Part shown: piece after piece, positions 20,310-30,338 of the stretch
Layout: each line of letters starts with the position of its first letter
How positions within the stretch are numbered: position 1 is the first letter of the stretch
DNA from: an uncultured Pelagibacteraceae bacterium
GTDB taxonomy: Bacteria; Pseudomonadota; Alphaproteobacteria; Pelagibacterales; Pelagibacteraceae
Assembly (NCBI GenBank): GCA_902568875.1
Contig: CACFSG010000002.1
Location: 1,564-65,563 of the forward strand
Length of the DNA stretch: 64,000 bases
Direction: 5' to 3'
Notes under the pieces: model-generated
What the model saw: the letters and a program-made list of their open reading frames with translations, nothing else
Database searches by the model: none
What the model was told of the DNA's origin: nothing
Position numbers and translations under genes: made by a program

Positions 20310-20328
20310 ATAACTAAATATTTTAATT

Positions 20329-21417
20329 ATGAAAAATCTAAAAAAAATACCATTTATCTTATTAATTTTATCATTATTAACCTTTTTTTCACCTGCTAAT
20401 GCTGAAACAAAGGTTGTAGCATCAATTAAACCAATTCATTCACTGGCAAGTTATTTAATGGATGGAATAAGCAAACCAGGATTAATAGTTGATGGATATG
20501 CTTCACCACATGGTTTTGCAATGAAGCCATCACATGCAAAAATGCTACAAGAAGCTGATTTAATTTTTTGGGTTGGTGAAGATTTGGAAAGTTTTTTAGA
20601 AAAACCATTAAAATCAATAGCTAAAAAAGCTGAAAAAATTGAATTAATGGAAATAAAAGGACTTAATAAGTTAAAATTTAGAGAAAGAAACATTTTTGAA
20701 GAACACGAAGATCATGGACATAAAGAGGACGATCATGATGATCATGCAAAAAAAGAAGATGATCACGGACATGATGATGAACATAAAAAAGATGGTCACG
20801 ATGATCACGGACATGATGATGAACATAAAAAAGATGGTCACGATGATCATGGACATGATGATGAACACAAAGAAGATGGTCATGATGAACATGGTCATGA
20901 AGGTCATGCACATGGTGAATACGACCCACATATTTGGTTAGATCCTTCAAATGCAAAAGTAATTCTAAAAGAAATGGCTGAACACCTGATTGAAAAAGAT
21001 CAAAAAAATGCTTCAGTTTATAAAAACAATTTAAAAAAAGCCTTAAAAGATCTTGATAAATTAACAAAAGATGTGAAGTCTGAATTAAATAAAGACTTTA
21101 AATCTATAGTTTTCCATGATGCTTATCAATATTTTGAGAAAAGATTTGATGTTAATGTTTTAGGTGCATTTACTGTTAATACAGATGTTATGCCAGGCGC
21201 AGAACAATTAGCTGAAATTAGAGAAATAATTGAACATGATAAAGTGAGCTGTGTATTTTCTGAACCTCAGTTCAACCCTGATATAATTAATGCTGTTGCA
21301 AAAGATATGAATATAAGTACCGGTGTATTAGATCCATTAGGAGCTACACTTAATCCAGGTAAAGATTTGTATTTTGATTTGATTAGTAACATGTCTAAAT
21401 CTTTTAAAGGCTGTTAA
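20329..21417 (+). CDS. znuA: Zinc ABC transporter substrate-binding protein with His/Asp-rich loop
   Basis: VVASIKPIH, ASPH, DPHIWLDP, VFHDAYQYFE, CVFSEPQF and LDPLG motifs. Confidence 0.95.
   Translation: MKNLKKIPFILLILSLLTFFSPANAETKVVASIKPIHSLASYLMDGISKPGLIVDGYASPHGFAMKPSHAKMLQEADLIFWVGEDLESFLEKPLKSIAKKAEKIELMEIKGLNKLKFRERNIFEEHEDHGHKEDDHDDHAKKEDDHGHDDEHKKDGHDDHGHDDEHKKDGHDDHGHDDEHKEDGHDEHGHEGHAHGEYDPHIWLDPSNAKVILKEMAEHLIEKDQKNASVYKNNLKKALKDLDKLTKDVKSELNKDFKSIVFHDAYQYFEKRFDVNVLGAFTVNTDVMPGAEQLAEIREIIEHDKVSCVFSEPQFNPDIINAVAKDMNISTGVLDPLGATLNPGKDLYFDLISNMSKSFKGC
20758..20883 (+). repeat. In-frame 42-bp tandem repeat x3 in znuA (DDHGHDDEHKKDGH)
   Basis: Unit GATGATCACGGACATGATGATGAACATAAAAAAGATGGTCAC is identical at 20758 and 20800; a third, diverged copy starts at 20842. 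Confidence 0.92.
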
Positions 21418-21458
21418 TTAAAATTGATCTTTTGTCATAAATAATATCTAATAATGGG

Positions 21459-22457
21459 ATGAGTACAGTTTCCCTTACATTAGATGAAATTTTTGATTTA
21501 GCTAAAAAAACATTGCTAGCTAATGGTTGTGATGATGAAACAGCTTCTATTCTTGCTGATTTAATTAGAAATGCTGAAAGAGATGGTTCACTATCTCATG
21601 GTCTGTTTAGATTACCCGCTTATGTAAGTGGCTTAAAAAGTGGAAAAATTAATGGTAAAGGAAAACCTGAAGTTAAAAAGATTTCAGCATCAGTAATTAA
21701 AGTTCTAGGTAATAATTGTTTAGCACCAGTTGTTTTAAATAAAGGTTTGCCCGAACTAGTAAAAGCTGCAAAAGAAAATGGTGTTGCAGTGCTTGCAATA
21801 AATAATTCTCATCACATGGCAGCGATGTGGCCTGAAACAGAAAAATTAGCAGAAGAGGGTTTAGTTGCTTTTGCATGCACATCATATAAGCCTGCAGTAG
21901 CACCCGCAGGTGCAATCAAACCATTATTTGGAACAAACCCAATTTCATTTGCATGGCCAAGATCAGGCAATACTCCAGTTGTTTATGATATGGCTACAGC
22001 ATCAATGGCAATGGGTGAAGTTCAAGTTGCTAAAAGAGAAGGGCACAAAGTTCCACTTGGAACTGGTTTAACTAAAGAAGGTAAAGAAACAACTGATCCA
22101 GGTGAAATAGCTGATGGTGGTGTGTTGTTACCATTTGGAGGTTATAAAGGTTCTGCAATTGCTATGATGGTTGAATTAATGGCTGGTGCATTAGTTGGTG
22201 ATAATTTTAGTTTTGAGACAGCTGCAAAAGATAACAAAGATGGAGGTCCACCAAGTGGAGGTGAGTTTATTTTAGCAATATCACCAGATAAAACTTCAGG
22301 AACTAATTGGCAAAAACATTCAGAAGAATTTTTTAAAAAAATGAAATCAATGGGTGAGGTAAGATTACCTGGTGAAAGAAGACATAAAAACAGACTTGAT
22401 AAGGGTCCTCGAAATATCAATGAGGACTTAGTTAATAAAATAAAATCTTTAAGCTAA
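21459..22457 (+). CDS. Ldh_2 family NAD(P)-dependent oxidoreductase (DpkA/LhpD/ComC-like)
   Basis: AERDGSLSHGLFRLP, NSHHMAAMWP, GTNPISFAWP, DMATAS, LLPFGGYKGS and RLPG motifs. Confidence 0.85.
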   Translation: MSTVSLTLDEIFDLAKKTLLANGCDDETASILADLIRNAERDGSLSHGLFRLPAYVSGLKSGKINGKGKPEVKKISASVIKVLGNNCLAPVVLNKGLPELVKAAKENGVAVLAINNSHHMAAMWPETEKLAEEGLVAFACTSYKPAVAPAGAIKPLFGTNPISFAWPRSGNTPVVYDMATASMAMGEVQVAKREGHKVPLGTGLTKEGKETTDPGEIADGGVLLPFGGYKGSAIAMMVELMAGALVGDNFSFETAAKDNKDGGPPSGGEFILAISPDKTSGTNWQKHSEEFFKKMKSMGEVRLPGERRHKNRLDKGPRNINEDLVNKIKSLS

Positions 22458-23225
22458 TTTAATTTCAATGGGAGTGTGATCAGAGGGTTTTTCTCTCCCT
22501 CTTGGATCTTTATTTATATTAATAGATTTAATTTGATCGATTAAAGAATTAGAAACTAAAAAATGATCAATTCTCATTCCATTATTTTTTTGCCAAGCAC
22601 CCCTCATATAGTCCCAGAAAGTATAACCTTCTTTAGTTTCATTAAAATGTCTATAAGTATCATTAAATCCAAGATTGATCATCTCTCTTAATTTTTTTCT
22701 AATTTCGAGTCTAAACAAAGCATCATCTTCAAAACCTTTTGGATTGTAGACATCTTCAGCCGCAGGAATAATATTAAAATCACCTGCAAGAATAATATTA
22801 GAATTTTTTTTAGATAAAGATTTTAATTGCTTAATCAAATCATCTAGCCATTTTTTTTTATAATCATACTTCTCTGTATCAACTGGATTACCATTTGGAG
22901 TATAAATATTTATTAATTGAATATTTTTCTTCTTATATTCTATTTCAGCTGAAATAATTCTTGATTGTTTTAACTTATCTTTAATTAAATCTGTTCTAAT
23001 ATTGTTTAATTTATTTTTAGAAATAATAGCAACACCATTATAGCTTTTTTGACCAAATACATGACTTTCATAATCCATTGATGAAAAATCGTCATAAGGA
23101 AAATTAACATCTTCAGTTTTGATTTCCTGCATCATTAAAATGTCTGGTTTATACTTAAGAAGATAACTTTTAATATTTTCAATACGAGCACGTACGGAAT
23201 TTACATTCCACGATGAAATGAGCAT
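22449..23225 (-). CDS. xth: Exodeoxyribonuclease III
   Basis: The real start is probably MLISSWNVNSVRAR at 23225 (TAATG coupling with the upstream gene); QEIK, GDFN, RIDH and PSDH motifs. Confidence 0.93.
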   Translation of the reverse strand: MLISSWNVNSVRARIENIKSYLLKYKPDILMMQEIKTEDVNFPYDDFSSMDYESHVFGQKSYNGVAIISKNKLNNIRTDLIKDKLKQSRIISAEIEYKKKNIQLINIYTPNGNPVDTEKYDYKKKWLDDLIKQLKSLSKKNSNIILAGDFNIIPAAEDVYNPKGFEDDALFRLEIRKKLREMINLGFNDTYRHFNETKEGYTFWDYMRGAWQKNNGMRIDHFLVSNSLIDQIKSININKDPRGREKPSDHTPIEIKLA

Positions 23226-23542
23226 TAAAGAGAGAAGGAGACACCACAACCACAAGAAGATTTGGTTTGTGGATTAGTTATTTTAAATTGTTCACCAATT
23301 AATTCTGAAACGTAATCAACTTCAGATCCCTTTAAAAGATCTGCAGAAGCTTTATCAATTAGAATATTCTCAAAATTTAAGTCGTCTTCTGCCTTAGATT
23401 TATCAAAAGTAAATTCATACTGAAAACCTGAACATCCACCACCTTTGATAGCGATTCTAAAAAAAGACCCCTTATCTTTTTTAGATAATAGGCTATTGAT
23501 CTGTTTTATTGCTTTATCAGTAAATTTAATTTCTTTTATCAT
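23225..23542 (-). CDS. erpA: Iron-sulfur cluster A-type carrier (HesB/IscA/ErpA family)
   Basis: GGGCSGFQY and NP...SCGCGVSF motifs. Confidence 0.88.
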   Translation of the reverse strand: MIKEIKFTDKAIKQINSLLSKKDKGSFFRIAIKGGGCSGFQYEFTFDKSKAEDDLNFENILIDKASADLLKGSEVDYVSELIGEQFKITNPQTKSSCGCGVSFSL

Positions 23543-23592
23543 AATTGATCACTGGTATTACTAATATAATACTTAATATTTTATTTTAAAGG

Positions 23593-24711
23593 ATGAAAAA
23601 ATACTCAAAGATAGGTCTATTTAAAAGCAAAGGGAGAATTTTTAAAGAATCTTTATCTAAATATAGATCTCCTTTTCAAAGAGATAGAGATCGTATTATT
23701 CATAGTGCTTCATTCAGAAGACTAAAACATAAAACACAAGTTTTTGTAAATACAGAAGGAGATCATTATAGAACTCGAATAACTCATTCGATGGAAGTGG
23801 CTCAAATAGCAAGATCTATAGCAAGACATCTTAACTTAAATGAAGATTTAGCTGAAACCTTAAGTCTTGCGCATGACTTGGGGCATACTCCATTTGGACA
23901 TGCTGGTGAAGATTCATTAGATGAGTGCATGGACGATTATGGTGGTTTTGATCATAATCTACAGACATTAAGAATTGTTATGTTTTTAGAAAATAAATAT
24001 TTGAAATTTAGCGGTTTAAATCTTTCAATTGAAACATTAGAAGGCCTTTTAAAACATAATGGTCCAGTAAATGATTTAGACTTAGTTGATAGTTTGATTG
24101 GTATTAAAAATTTTAAGAATATGATCAACTTTAACACTTATCCATCTTTAGAAGCTCAAATTTCAGCAATATCAGATGATATAGCTTATAATAACCATGA
24201 TATTCAAGATGGAATAAAAGCAAATTTATTTAAATTAGAGGAGTTAGTTGAAATTAACTTCTATAGAGATATTTACAAAAAATATAAGAATAAAATTAAT
24301 AAAAAGAATTATAAAATTGTCACTTATCAAATTATAAGAGACTCAATAGATTTAATGATTAAAGATTTGATATACAATACAAAGAAGAATTTAATTAATA
24401 ATAAGATTAAATCACTAAAAGATATAAATAAAACAAGTTTTTTAATAGTTGATTTTTCTGATAAAATTAAAAATTCAGAAAATGAAATAAGATATTTTTT
24501 AAGATCAAAAATGTATAATAATAGGAATGTACTAGTCAAAAATAATAAGGGTAAATCAATTATTAAAAAATTATTTAACAAAATAAAACAAAATCCAAAA
24601 AAATTTATTTCTAAAGATCAACTTTCTAAAGATAAATACAGAGCAATTTCAGATTTTATATCTGGGATGACGGATCGATATGCAATTAATCTTTATAATA
24701 ATATTAAATGA
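23593..24711 (+). CDS. dgt: Deoxyguanosinetriphosphate triphosphohydrolase-like HD protein
   Basis: FQRDRDRIIHS.SFRRLKHKTQVF, RTRITHS, HDLGHTPFGH and ISGMTD motifs. Confidence 0.92.
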   Translation: MKKYSKIGLFKSKGRIFKESLSKYRSPFQRDRDRIIHSASFRRLKHKTQVFVNTEGDHYRTRITHSMEVAQIARSIARHLNLNEDLAETLSLAHDLGHTPFGHAGEDSLDECMDDYGGFDHNLQTLRIVMFLENKYLKFSGLNLSIETLEGLLKHNGPVNDLDLVDSLIGIKNFKNMINFNTYPSLEAQISAISDDIAYNNHDIQDGIKANLFKLEELVEINFYRDIYKKYKNKINKKNYKIVTYQIIRDSIDLMIKDLIYNTKKNLINNKIKSLKDINKTSFLIVDFSDKIKNSENEIRYFLRSKMYNNRNVLVKNNKGKSIIKKLFNKIKQNPKKFISKDQLSKDKYRAISDFISGMTDRYAINLYNNIK

Positions 24712-26441
24712 ATATTTTTGAAGAATACTTAGACAAAATTAAAAAAGTTTTATTAGACTTATCTAAAAATAATAAATTAATTTTACCTGACAAACTAGAT
24801 GGAATTAATACTGAAATTCCTCCTGAAAAATTTAATTGTGATATTTCAACAAATGTTGCGATGTTTTTATCAAAAGCAAATCAAAAATCCCCAACAGATT
24901 TAGCTGAAACTATAGCTACAGCTATAAAGAAAAATGATGAATTAATTGAAGATATATCAATAGCTAAACCTGGTTTTATTAATATTAAATTTAAACCTAT
25001 TTTTTGGACTAACTTTATAAAAGAAATAATCAAAAATTCTAAATCTTTTGGAATTAATACAAAAGAGAAGAAGAAAAATTATTTAGTTGAGTTTGTTTCT
25101 GCCAATCCTACTGGACCATTACATGTAGGTCATTGTAGAGGTGCTATTTTAGGAGATGTAATTTCTAATGTTTTGTTATTTAATAAACATAAAGTTACAA
25201 AAGAATATTATGTTAATGACTATGGTAATCAAATTATTAACTTTACTAAATCAGTCTATTTTAGAATTAGAGAAATTATATTTAAAGAACCTTTTCCTTC
25301 AGATAATGAAAATTTATATCCTGGTGATTATTTAATAGACTTTGCTCAAAATATAATCAATTCAAATAAGAAAATTGATTTTAAGAATTATGAAAATATT
25401 TCAGAAGAATTAACATCACTATCAATTAAAGAAGCATTAAAATTAATTAAAAAAAACCTTAGTAGCCTTGGTATTAATCATGATAATTTTATTAGTGAAA
25501 AAGATTTAGTTTTAAATAAAGAAGTTGAAAAAGTTATTGATTATCTTCAAAAAAATGACTTTGTGTATAAAGGTAAGATCAAAGCTCCTGCCGGCGAAGA
25601 TGATGATAATTGGATAGAAAGAGAACAATTACTTTTTAAATCAACTGATTTTGGTGATGATAAAGATCGAGCACTACAAAAATCTGATGGTGCTTGGACT
25701 TATTTTGCTAGTGATGTCGCTTATCATAAAAATAAGTTAGATAGAAAATTTGATTTTTTAATAAATATTTTGGGAGCAGATCATGCAGGTTATATAAAAA
25801 GAATTTCTTCTTCTGTTGAAGCTTTATCAAATTCTAAAGGAAAATTAATTTGTAAAGTTAGTCAATTAGTTAAACTCATAAAAGATAATAAACCTTTTAA
25901 AATGTCTAAAAGAAAAGGTGACTACATAACAGTAGATGACTTAATTAACGAAGTAGGAAAAGATGCAACAAGATTTATCATGTTAAATAGAAGTGGTGAT
26001 GTAGAACTTGATTTTGATTTTGATAATGTAATTGAAAAATCTAAAGATAATCCCCTTTATTATGTTCAATATAGTTATGCAAGAATTGCTTCAGTTTTTA
26101 GACATCTAGAAAAAGATTTAAATTCTGAGGTTAAAATTAATAAGTATGATTTTGAATATTCTAATGATGAAATAAATATTTTAAAAAAATTATCAGAATG
26201 GCCTAAGTGTATAGATTTATCATGTAAAAAACTTGAACCGCATAGAATACCAACTTATTTATATGAACTAGCATCATTATTTCATTCATATTGGAATTTG
26301 GGTAAAGATAATCCTAAAAAAAGATTTATTAATGATAAGAAAAAGATTACGGATGATAAATTAATTTTCTTAAAAGCTATTTCAAATGTAATAAGATCAG
26401 GGATGAATATTGTTGGAGTTTCTGTTCCTGAAAAAATGTAA
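24708..26441 (+). CDS. argS: Arginine--tRNA ligase
   Basis: EFVSANPTGPLHVGH, GADHAGY, MSKRKG, NPLYYVQY, and C-terminal PEKM. Confidence 0.96.
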   Translation: MNIFEEYLDKIKKVLLDLSKNNKLILPDKLDGINTEIPPEKFNCDISTNVAMFLSKANQKSPTDLAETIATAIKKNDELIEDISIAKPGFINIKFKPIFWTNFIKEIIKNSKSFGINTKEKKKNYLVEFVSANPTGPLHVGHCRGAILGDVISNVLLFNKHKVTKEYYVNDYGNQIINFTKSVYFRIREIIFKEPFPSDNENLYPGDYLIDFAQNIINSNKKIDFKNYENISEELTSLSIKEALKLIKKNLSSLGINHDNFISEKDLVLNKEVEKVIDYLQKNDFVYKGKIKAPAGEDDDNWIEREQLLFKSTDFGDDKDRALQKSDGAWTYFASDVAYHKNKLDRKFDFLINILGADHAGYIKRISSSVEALSNSKGKLICKVSQLVKLIKDNKPFKMSKRKGDYITVDDLINEVGKDATRFIMLNRSGDVELDFDFDNVIEKSKDNPLYYVQYSYARIASVFRHLEKDLNSEVKINKYDFEYSNDEINILKKLSEWPKCIDLSCKKLEPHRIPTYLYELASLFHSYWNLGKDNPKKRFINDKKKITDDKLIFLKAISNVIRSGMNIVGVSVPEKM

Positions 26442-26704
26442 TGTTTAAAGAAATTAAATATTTAATATTTATATTAATAATTTGTTTATTTATATTTTTT
26501 ATTTCTAAATATTATTTTTCAGATACTAACAAAAAGAATTCCTATAGATCATTAAACAATATTAATGAAAAAATTAATACTTATGCTGAAAAATTGCCTA
26601 TTTTGGAAGATGATACTAAAAATATAATTGAATACATTGAACAATCAAATAACAAAAAAAAGAAAAAATTTAATTTTTGGAAATTATTAGAGACTAATGA
26701 ATAA
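26441..26704 (+). CDS. Small single-TM protein at the argS-nagZ junction (possible minimal FtsN-like protein)
   Basis: 87 aa with an N-terminal TM helix; overlaps both neighbours, suggesting translational coupling. Confidence 0.7.
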   Translation: MFKEIKYLIFILIICLFIFFISKYYFSDTNKKNSYRSLNNINEKINTYAEKLPILEDDTKNIIEYIEQSNNKKKKKFNFWKLLETNE

Positions 26705-27644
26705 TCGTAGATCATTTATTATAGGTATAAAATCTACAAAACTTTTAACAAAAGAAAGATTTTTTTTAAAAAAATATAGACCTTGGGGTGTAATTTTATT
26801 TAGTAGAAATATAAAAAATATTAAACAAACTTATAAATTAACAACTTCAATTAAAAAAATTTTTCAAGATAATAATTATCCCATATTAATTGATCAAGAA
26901 GGAGGTCGTATAAATCGATTGAAAAATATTATTTCATTCGAAAATTTTACTTCCGAATTTTTTGGAAATAAATATATAAAGAATTATAAAGAATTTAAAT
27001 TTATCTATAAATTGTTTATAGATAAAACTTCTTATTTACTAAAATCAATTGGTGCAAATATAAATACAATTCCTGTTTTAGATTTAAAAATTAAAGGGTC
27101 TAGTAAAATTATTGGTGATCGTTCATTTTCTAAAAATCCAAAAATAGTATCTAAAATAGGCGATTATTGTATTCAATATTTTCGTGAAAATGGAATTGGT
27201 ACTGTAATGAAACACATTCCAGGGCACGGTCTTGCTAAGGTTGACAGTCATTATTTCACACCAATTGTAAATAAGAAACTTAATTATTTATTAAAAAATG
27301 ATTTCATTTCATTTAAAAATAAAGCAACTTTTTTTGCTATGACTGCACATATTATTTTTAATAAAATAGACAATAAAAATACTGTTACCCATTCAAAAAA
27401 ACTAATTAAATTGATTAGGAATAAAATAGGTTTTAAAAATATTTTAATTTCTGATGATTTATCTATGAAGAGTTTAAAAGGAAGTCTTAAAGAAAATACA
27501 ATAAAAACTTTTAGTGCAGGTTGTAATATTGCCTTACATTGTAATGGAAATTATAAGGAAATGGAAATTGTAGGAAAAAACTCACCATTAATTAATAAAT
27601 TTATATCTAAAAAAACATCACAATTTTATAAAATTTTAAGTTAA
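26697..27644 (+). CDS. nagZ: Beta-N-acetylhexosaminidase (GH3)
   Basis: GVILFSRN, IDQEGG, KHIPGHG...DSH and SDDLSM motifs. Confidence 0.92.
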   Translation: MNNRRSFIIGIKSTKLLTKERFFLKKYRPWGVILFSRNIKNIKQTYKLTTSIKKIFQDNNYPILIDQEGGRINRLKNIISFENFTSEFFGNKYIKNYKEFKFIYKLFIDKTSYLLKSIGANINTIPVLDLKIKGSSKIIGDRSFSKNPKIVSKIGDYCIQYFRENGIGTVMKHIPGHGLAKVDSHYFTPIVNKKLNYLLKNDFISFKNKATFFAMTAHIIFNKIDNKNTVTHSKKLIKLIRNKIGFKNILISDDLSMKSLKGSLKENTIKTFSAGCNIALHCNGNYKEMEIVGKNSPLINKFISKKTSQFYKILS

Positions 27645-27653
27645 TATTCATTT

Positions 27654-28394
27654 ATGATAGAAAATGATTCTTCATTATTTAAGGTTGATATAGAAAATTA
27701 TAATGGTTCCTTAGATGTTTTATTAGATTTAGCAAAAGCACAAAAAGTTAATTTAGAAGATATTTCTATTACAAAATTAGCTGATCAATTTCATGATTTT
27801 ATTACAAAAGATAAGAATTTAAATTTAGAAATTGCATCTGAATATTTATTAATGGCTACATGGTTAGCATATTTAAAATCGAAATTATTGTTACCAGGAA
27901 CTCCAGAAGAAGAGTTTAAAGTTCAAGAAGTTGCAGAAAAATTAAAATTACAGTTAAAAAAATTAGAATTGATTCGTTTATTATCGGAACAAATGTTGAA
28001 AAGAAAAAGATTGGGTAGAGAAATTAGAACAAGAGGAAGCAGATCTGGAATTAAACCAATTTATAATAGTGAATATAAATTAAATTTATTTGAATTACTT
28101 AAAACATATTCAACAATAATTATGACTAAAGATTTTCAAAAAATAAATATTCCTAAATTACCTGTCTTTACTACTGAAGAAGGAATAAAAACAATAAAAA
28201 ATTTTTTTGGTAAACTTTTGGATTGGAAAAAATTAGATGATCTAATACCAAAAAATTTTAAAAAAGGTTCAGGCTTTAAAAGAACAGGGAAAGCTGGAAT
28301 ATTTGCTGGTTCTTTAGAATTAGTAAAAGAAGGTAATTTAAAAATTAAACAAGAAAAACTTTTTGATGATATTTATATTAGGGAAAACAAATGA
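27654..28394 (+). CDS. scpA: Segregation and condensation protein A
   Basis: YNGSLDVLLDL, EYLLMATWLAYLKSKLLLP and F...LELVKEG motifs. Confidence 0.92.
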   Translation: MIENDSSLFKVDIENYNGSLDVLLDLAKAQKVNLEDISITKLADQFHDFITKDKNLNLEIASEYLLMATWLAYLKSKLLLPGTPEEEFKVQEVAEKLKLQLKKLELIRLLSEQMLKRKRLGREIRTRGSRSGIKPIYNSEYKLNLFELLKTYSTIIMTKDFQKINIPKLPVFTTEEGIKTIKNFFGKLLDWKKLDDLIPKNFKKGSGFKRTGKAGIFAGSLELVKEGNLKIKQEKLFDDIYIRENK

Positions 28395-29092
28395 TTAAAA
28401 AAAAAATTAAAAAAAAAAATAATATTATAGACTTTCCTTCTAAATTATCTTCAATTGAAAAAGAAATTGAGGCAATTGTTTTTGCTGCAGCTGAACCTTT
28501 AGATATTGAAACTATTGAAAATAAAATTTCAAAAAAAATAGATGTTGAAAAAGTTTTGTTAAAATTACAAACTGAATATTCCCATCGTGGAATTAATTTA
28601 GTTTGTATTTCAAAAAAATGGTCTTTTAGAACTTCTCCAAATTTATCTAATTTAATGATTAAAGAAAAAACTATTGAAAAAAAATTATCAAGAGCAGCAA
28701 TTGAAACATTAGCAATTATTGTTTATCACCAACCAGTGACAAGAGCTGAAATTGAAGAAATAAGGGGTGTTGCTTTTGGTACTAATACACTCGAAATACT
28801 AATGGAATTAAATTGGGTAAAACCAGGAGGAAGAAAAGATGTTCCGGGTAGACCTATTCAATACAAAACCACAGATGATTTTTTAAGTCATTTTAATTTA
28901 CAAAAATTATCTGACCTTCCTACTGTGGATGAATTAGGAGCTGCCGGTTTAATTGATAGCAGTAATATTGATAATGCAATTTTTGGAACTGGAAAATTTT
29001 ATAAAGAAAAACAAGACAATAAAAAAGAGGATATTTATTCAAATATTGATGAAATGTTAAGTGACACTCTTGATTCAGAAGAAAAAAATTAA
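28391..29092 (+). CDS. scpB: Segregation and condensation protein B
   Basis: LSRAAIETLAIIVYHQPVTRAEIEEIRGV and GRP..Y.TT..FL..F.L..L.DLP motifs. Confidence 0.94.
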   Translation: MIKKKIKKKNNIIDFPSKLSSIEKEIEAIVFAAAEPLDIETIENKISKKIDVEKVLLKLQTEYSHRGINLVCISKKWSFRTSPNLSNLMIKEKTIEKKLSRAAIETLAIIVYHQPVTRAEIEEIRGVAFGTNTLEILMELNWVKPGGRKDVPGRPIQYKTTDDFLSHFNLQKLSDLPTVDELGAAGLIDSSNIDNAIFGTGKFYKEKQDNKKEDIYSNIDEMLSDTLDSEEKN

Positions 29093-29159
29093 AAACTTTA
29101 ATTTAGATTTTTAAAAAAAGTCACTTTTAAATCATTAATAAAAAGGTTATAAGTTTTGT

Positions 29160-29360
29160 ATGAGCATTGGAATATGGCAAATAGCAATTGTTGTAATACT
29201 TGTGGTATTATTATTTGGAAGAGGCAAAATATCCAGTCTGATGGGTGATGTTGCTAAAGGGATTAAAAGTTTTAAAAAGGGAATGGCGTCTGATGTTACG
29301 GACGATACTGAACCTAAAAATATTTCTGACGAAAATCAAGATTCAAACAAAAAAGAATAA
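29160..29360 (+). CDS. tatA: Twin-arginine translocase subunit TatA
   Basis: [25 protein letters not shown] motif. Confidence 0.93.
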   Translation: MSIGIWQIAIVVILVVLLFGRGKISSLMGDVAKGIKSFKKGMASDVTDDTEPKNISDENQDSNKKE

Positions 29361-29365
29361 ATCAC

Positions 29366-29578
29366 ATGCCTACTATTGGTTGGTTTGAGATTTTAATTGT
29401 AGTTGCATTAGCAATTGTTGTTCTTGGACCAAAAGATTTCCCAGTAATGTTAAAAAAAGTTGGTTCATGGATAGGAACAACAAAAAAATATATTAGCAAT
29501 ATACAAAATGAAGTTTCAAATATTGACATTGAAGATAATCAAATAGAAAAAAAAGAAGAAAAAAAAGATGAGTCATGA
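29366..29578 (+). CDS. tatB: Twin-arginine translocase subunit TatB (short)
   Basis: IGWFEILIVVALAIVVLGPKDFP motif. Confidence 0.9.
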   Translation: MPTIGWFEILIVVALAIVVLGPKDFPVMLKKVGSWIGTTKKYISNIQNEVSNIDIEDNQIEKKEEKKDES

Positions 29579-30338
29579 TGAAAAAGAAGGTGGCTTCATA
29601 AGTCATATAGTTGAGTTAAGAAAAAGATTAATAAATAGTTTTATATTTCTTATAATTTTTTTTATTGCCTGCTATTTTTTTGCAGAACATTTGTATGGTT
29701 TTTTAGTTGAACCATTTGCTAAAGCAGTAAAAGATGATGGATCAAAAAGAAGATTAATTTTCACAGCACTTCAAGAAACATTTTTAACATATTTAAAAGT
29801 TTCTTTTTTCACTGCTTTTTTTGTGACATGTCCATTTATTCTTATGCAAATATGGAAATTTATAGCGCCTGGCCTTTATAAACATGAAAAAACTGCAATT
29901 TTACCATATCTAGTTTTAACACCAATATTATTCTTTTTAGGAGGAATGTTAGTTTATTATTTAATAATGCCTTTAGCTATAAAGTTTTTTTTATCATTTG
30001 AAAGTACAGGTCTATCAACAAATTTACCTATTCAATTAGAAGCAAAAGTAAATGAATATCTTTCTTTAGTAATGAAACTTATTTTTGCATTTGGTATAAG
30101 TTTTCAATTGCCTGTTGTTCTTAGTTTATTAGCAAGAATAGGAATGGTTGATTCTGATTTTTTAAAAAAAAGAAGAAAGTATGTTGTAGTAATTATATTT
30201 GCTGCAGCTGCTTTGTTAACTCCGCCTGACCCAATCACACAAATTGGTTTAGCTATTCCATTATTAATTTTATATGAATTATCTATATTTTCTGTAAAAT
30301 TTATAGAAAATAAAAATTTGAAAGATTCTGATGCATAA
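29568..30338 (+). CDS. tatC: Twin-arginine translocase subunit TatC
   Basis: [25 protein letters not shown] and LTPPD motifs. Confidence 0.95.
   Translation: MSHDEKEGGFISHIVELRKRLINSFIFLIIFFIACYFFAEHLYGFLVEPFAKAVKDDGSKRRLIFTALQETFLTYLKVSFFTAFFVTCPFILMQIWKFIAPGLYKHEKTAILPYLVLTPILFFLGGMLVYYLIMPLAIKFFLSFESTGLSTNLPIQLEAKVNEYLSLVMKLIFAFGISFQLPVVLSLLARIGMVDSDFLKKRRKYVVVIIFAAAALLTPPDPITQIGLAIPLLILYELSIFSVKFIENKNLKDSDA

Noticed and set aside
20758-20883. 42-bp repeats as a possible CRISPR array
   Set aside because: The repeats are contiguous with no spacers, in frame within znuA, and there are no cas genes.
20671-21067. Alternative-frame and antisense ORFs rich in Met/Ile or His (20671-20931, 20678-21067, 20696-20941)
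   Set aside because: These are shadows of the low-complexity GAT/CAT repeat in znuA, which has few stop codons in other frames; there is no independent coding evidence.
23226-23255. N-terminal extension MWLWCLLLSL on Xth as a signal peptide
   Set aside because: It overlaps the 3' end of the erpA gene; the conserved Xth start is the ATG at 23225.
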